Positions 60,805-64,000 of a stretch of DNA of 64,000 nucleotides are shown piece after piece. Positions within the stretch are counted from its first letter, which is position 1, and each line of letters starts with the position of its first letter. A program made the translations under genes and the position numbers. A model generated the notes under the pieces. That model was not told the origin of the DNA. It searched no databases and worked only from the letters and a program-made list of their open reading frames with translations. This DNA is from an uncultured cyanobacterium (GTDB taxonomy: Bacteria > Cyanobacteriota > Cyanobacteriia > Leptolyngbyales > Leptolyngbyaceae). The stretch lies in assembly GCA_963766075.1 (NCBI GenBank), contig CAVYAN010000113.1, positions 32,845 through 96,844 on the forward strand. Direction: 5' to 3'.

Positions 60805-61226
60805 GCTAGACCGATAGGTTGAGTGCCGATGGGTGCGGATAGGCTTTTTGAAGTTCTCTAAATTTTGGGAATGTCTCCAAGGGTAGACTCTGTTCAGGGG
60901 AGAACGCAGGGAGCCGTATAGGGAACGTGCGAAGGGGCGATCGCGTCTTTACATTCAAGTCCCACCTTCAAGCCCCGAAGGGCAGCAAGCTGAAGTAGAT
61001 TAGAAGGAGCGTGAGGGTAGCGACAAATTTCTGTAGAGTGATATTCGGCGCACTTCATCCGCAGACGTTTACAGTATGTATCTGGCTGCCTGTATCTGAG
61101 GTCTGCGTGAGATTGCTCTTCTCTGTCTTTTTCGTGGGCTAAGCTGACACCAGTTCACTGCACTGACCGCCCGAATTGACCGCCCGACCAATATCCGTTC
61201 GCAACGATTTCTAGAGTTAACTACTT

Positions 61227-61628
61227 ATGTCTGACGAACCCAGCAAAGAATTTCCCTCGATCCCCGTCAAGGAAAGCACCCCACGCCAACCTGAAAATCC
61301 CTGGTTAGAGGGATTAAAAACCGTCGGCCTCAGCGTTGTCCTTGCCATTGGGATTCGGACCTTCGTCGCTGAAGCCCGCTACATTCCTTCGGGCTCAATG
61401 CTACCCACGCTCCAAATCAACAATCGCCTGATTGTGGACAAGCTGGGCTACCGCTTTCGGGAGCCTCAACGGGGTGAGATTGTGGTTTTTAATCCGACCA
61501 AGGAACTGGAAGAACAGAAATTCCATGATGCCTTTATCAAACGGGTGATTGGGCTTCCCGGCGACAAGATTGAGGTGAAAGAGGGGCAAGTTTTTGTCAA
61601 TGGCAACTCGATTAAAGAGCCTTATCTT
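61227..61628 (+). pseudogene. lepB: Signal peptidase I, truncated at the composition junction
   Basis: AEARYIPSGSMLPTL (catalytic Ser), AFIKRVIGLPGD (Lys), ..KEPYL. The expected GDNRNNSxDS box is missing and the ORF runs into AT-rich foreign sequence. Confidence 0.85.
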
Positions 61629-61678
61629 GGTCAATCTAAGAAGATAAAAGTCTTGTGGAGTTTGCATTTATATGAGAA

Positions 61679-62370
61679 TTACCATTTTAATATTTCAGTC
61701 AAAACTTCGAGCAATGTTTTATTAAGGTTGGTCAAAGCTAGTGGAATATTCCAGTTTTTAGTATTACGTGGTTCTATTTTATTTGAAATTGCCCGGTAAT
61801 TCAATAAATTGAGTATCCTGCAAAAGACTATTGTAAAAAACAGCAGCACCTTCCAAGTTTCAATATCAGGATTGAATTTTACCATACGTTCAGTTGTTGT
61901 TTCGTTTAAACCCGAAACTCTGTTTACAGTTAATCCGTTTACCTTATTTAAATTACTAATGGTTTTATATTTTAAAATGTCTGAATTATTCAACAACCTT
62001 CCATTTGAAAATGGGTTTAAACTATTGTCTGCCAAACCCATTTCAAAAATTGTTCGGAGTTGTCCATTATCATCAATTCCAATATCACCAAATTGTTCTG
62101 AAACAACATTTACAATGTCGCCAATTTTAATGTTTCCATTATAGCTTCCGGCAGTTCCAATATTGATAACCAAGTCGTACTTTTCATTTTGAAGTGCGAT
62201 TGTCAGTCGATAAATGACAGAAGGAATTCCAATTCCCAAAACCAAGAAATCAATATCATTTGATTCAAAAGAAAATGAATTTAACCACAATTCCTTTTTC
62301 TTAATATTACGAGCACCTTGTAAACAAGGTTAATATCCCTTTCGGTAGCAGATACAATTAAAATTTTCAT
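61679..62370 (-). CDS. mqnB: Futalosine hydrolase (MqnB; PNP/MTAN superfamily), Bacteroidota-like, frameshifted
   Basis: Starts MKILIVSATE at 62370; GIG, DLVINIGTAGS, GLTVN.VSG, RAISN.IEPRN..NWNIPLAL. At least two indels. Confidence 0.75.
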
Positions 62371-62637
62371 CCTTTTAATTTTTAAAATTACTTCCGAACC
62401 AATACAGAGTATAAAATGAGATTAAATTATTAACTATTGGATAACATTAATTCATTACAAAATAAGATGATTTTTCATTATAATTATAATTAATTTTCAA
62501 AGCCTGAAAGCTTATTTTATTACTAGGCCTGAAAATATTTTGTATTAATTTGTAAATCAGTTTTTGTTCCATAACATTGGCGTATTCAAAATTAGAGATT
62601 AAAATTATCGTTTTATCTTTACTGAAAAATTAAATAT

Positions 62638-63056
62638 TTGGAAACAGTTTATTTAACAAGACGCGAAAGATTTAATGCAGCTCACCGAATGTTCCGACCT
62701 GAATGGACTGATGAAAAAAATCTTGAAGTATTTGGCAAATGTTCAAATCCACTTTGGCATGGGCATAATTATGTTTTATTTGTTACTGTTAAAGGTCAGT
62801 TAAACCTGAAACAGGTTGTGTTGTTGATTTATCATTATTAGCAAAATATTAAAGGAAAATATATTGAAAAACTCGATCATAAAAATATTAATCTTGAAGT
62901 TGATTTTATGAAAAATAAAATTGTATCGGCCGAAAATCTTGCAATTTCAATATGGCAACAATTGAACCCCAAATTGAAAAACTTGGTATAGATTTACATT
63001 GCATTAAAATTGAAGAAACTGAAAATAATTATGTAGAATATTTTGGAGAAAAATAA
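62638..63056 (+). CDS. queD: 6-carboxy-tetrahydropterin synthase / PTPS, frameshifted
   Basis: FNAAHR, FGKCSNP..HGHNY.L.VTVKG, then LDHKNINL and ETENNYVEY in shifted frames. Confidence 0.85.
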
Positions 63057-63057
63057 T

Positions 63058-63700
63058 ATGGAACCAATTTATTTTAAAGATGCTGGTATTATTGATGATG
63101 ATGATTATGAGGACTGAACAGTTTAACAAACAAAAAACAGAGAAACTTGTAAAATTATATAAAGAGATATTAGGACTCAATTGAACCGAATCTGAACGCG
63201 AAGGATTGAAAGATACTCCATTGCGCGTTGCAAAATCTATTCAATATTTTACACAGGGATATAATATTGATCCAAAAAAAATGCTTGAATCGGCAACATT
63301 TAATGAAGATTATAAACAAATGGTATTAGTTAAGGATATTGAAATATATTCACTTTGTGAACATCATATAATTCCATTTTTACGGTAAAGCACATATTGC
63401 TTATATTCCAAATGGAAAAATTACAGGATTGAGCAAAATTGCAAGAGTTGCCGATGCTTTTTCTCGTCGTTTACAAGTACAGGAACGCTTAACCATGCAA
63501 ATTCGTGATTGTATACAGGAAAGCCTTGAATCCAATGGGCGTTGCAGTAGTTATTGAAGCTCATCATCTTATGTATGATGATGCGTGGAGTACAAAAACA
63601 AAATTCAGTTACAACAACCTCAGCATTTACAGGTATTTTTTTATCCGAAACAAAAACCCGGGAAGAATTTATTCATTTAATTGGAACAAAACTTCATTAA
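63058..63700 (+). CDS. folE: GTP cyclohydrolase I, frameshifted
   Basis: [66 protein letters not shown], spread over several frames. Confidence 0.9.
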
Positions 63701-64000
63701 TAGGTGTAACCTATAATGATAGTTAATAAACCTATTATAAAATATAGTTTCTACAGTATATAATTAAGACAATATTTTTCTTTACAAGAATTACATTCAA
63801 ATATAGTTACAATGTTTTCACAAAAGAAACAATTGCAACAGCCGAACCTTTTTTACCGTCCTAAAAAGGTGTGCAGATCCATGACCAGTTTTCATACAAT
63901 CGAAGTTGACTGATTTGTAAAATTGACCTGTAGTTGAATTAAAGGTGCTAACATATGGTTTATTCATATCGAACAAGGATAGAATTGCTTTTCATCTGAT

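Noticed and set aside
61600..61700. Prophage or integrative-element attachment site at the composition break
   Set aside because: No integrase, direct repeat, tRNA or IS end, and the downstream genes are housekeeping metabolism.
61628..61799. C-terminal extension of the 190-aa lepB ORF as a novel fusion domain
   Set aside because: It is read-through into the foreign segment, mostly the antisense strand of mqnB.
63720..64000. Possible gene fragment at the window end
   Set aside because: No frame gives a recognisable product, and the sequence here is too error-rich to call.
1..64000. rRNA, tRNA, cas genes, retron or defence operons
   Set aside because: None recognised by eye; a tRNAscan/Infernal/DefenseFinder run would be needed to exclude weak cases.

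Overview
Positions 1 to ~61,625 are chromosomal DNA of a cyanobacterium. The HIP1 octamer GCGATCGC is abundant, GC is moderate (roughly mid-50s % by eye), and photosynthesis genes are present (psb32, psb34, petG, cytM). The content is mostly housekeeping: lexA, pyk, sbcC, rsmD, hisH, fur, yvcK, mlaF/mlaD, ftsI, msrB, mutS2, lepB. The left end is a signalling cluster: a very large multi-PAS/GAF hybrid histidine kinase with a green/red (CcaS/RcaE-type) cyanobacteriochrome GAF, a TpsB/FhaC translocator, a receiver protein and a REC-PAS-GGDEF cyclase. Intergenic regions hold nested small cyanobacterial repeats/MITEs, many short tandem duplications, LexA boxes, an HLR1 (RpaB) box and one CRISPR-like repeat pair. 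About ten single-base frameshifts split otherwise normal genes, which suggests sequencing or assembly indels. At ~61,625 lepB is cut mid-gene and the sequence switches abruptly to very AT-rich, HIP1-free, heavily frameshifted DNA with Bacteroidota-like mqnB, queD and folE, most likely a chimeric join. No rRNA, tRNA, cas genes or intact mobile elements were recognised. I cannot claim a clearly new biological system. The best leads are the photosensor kinase and its c-di-GMP/secretion neighbourhood, a perfect LexA box before ftsL/ftsI, and the CRISPR-like repeat pair.
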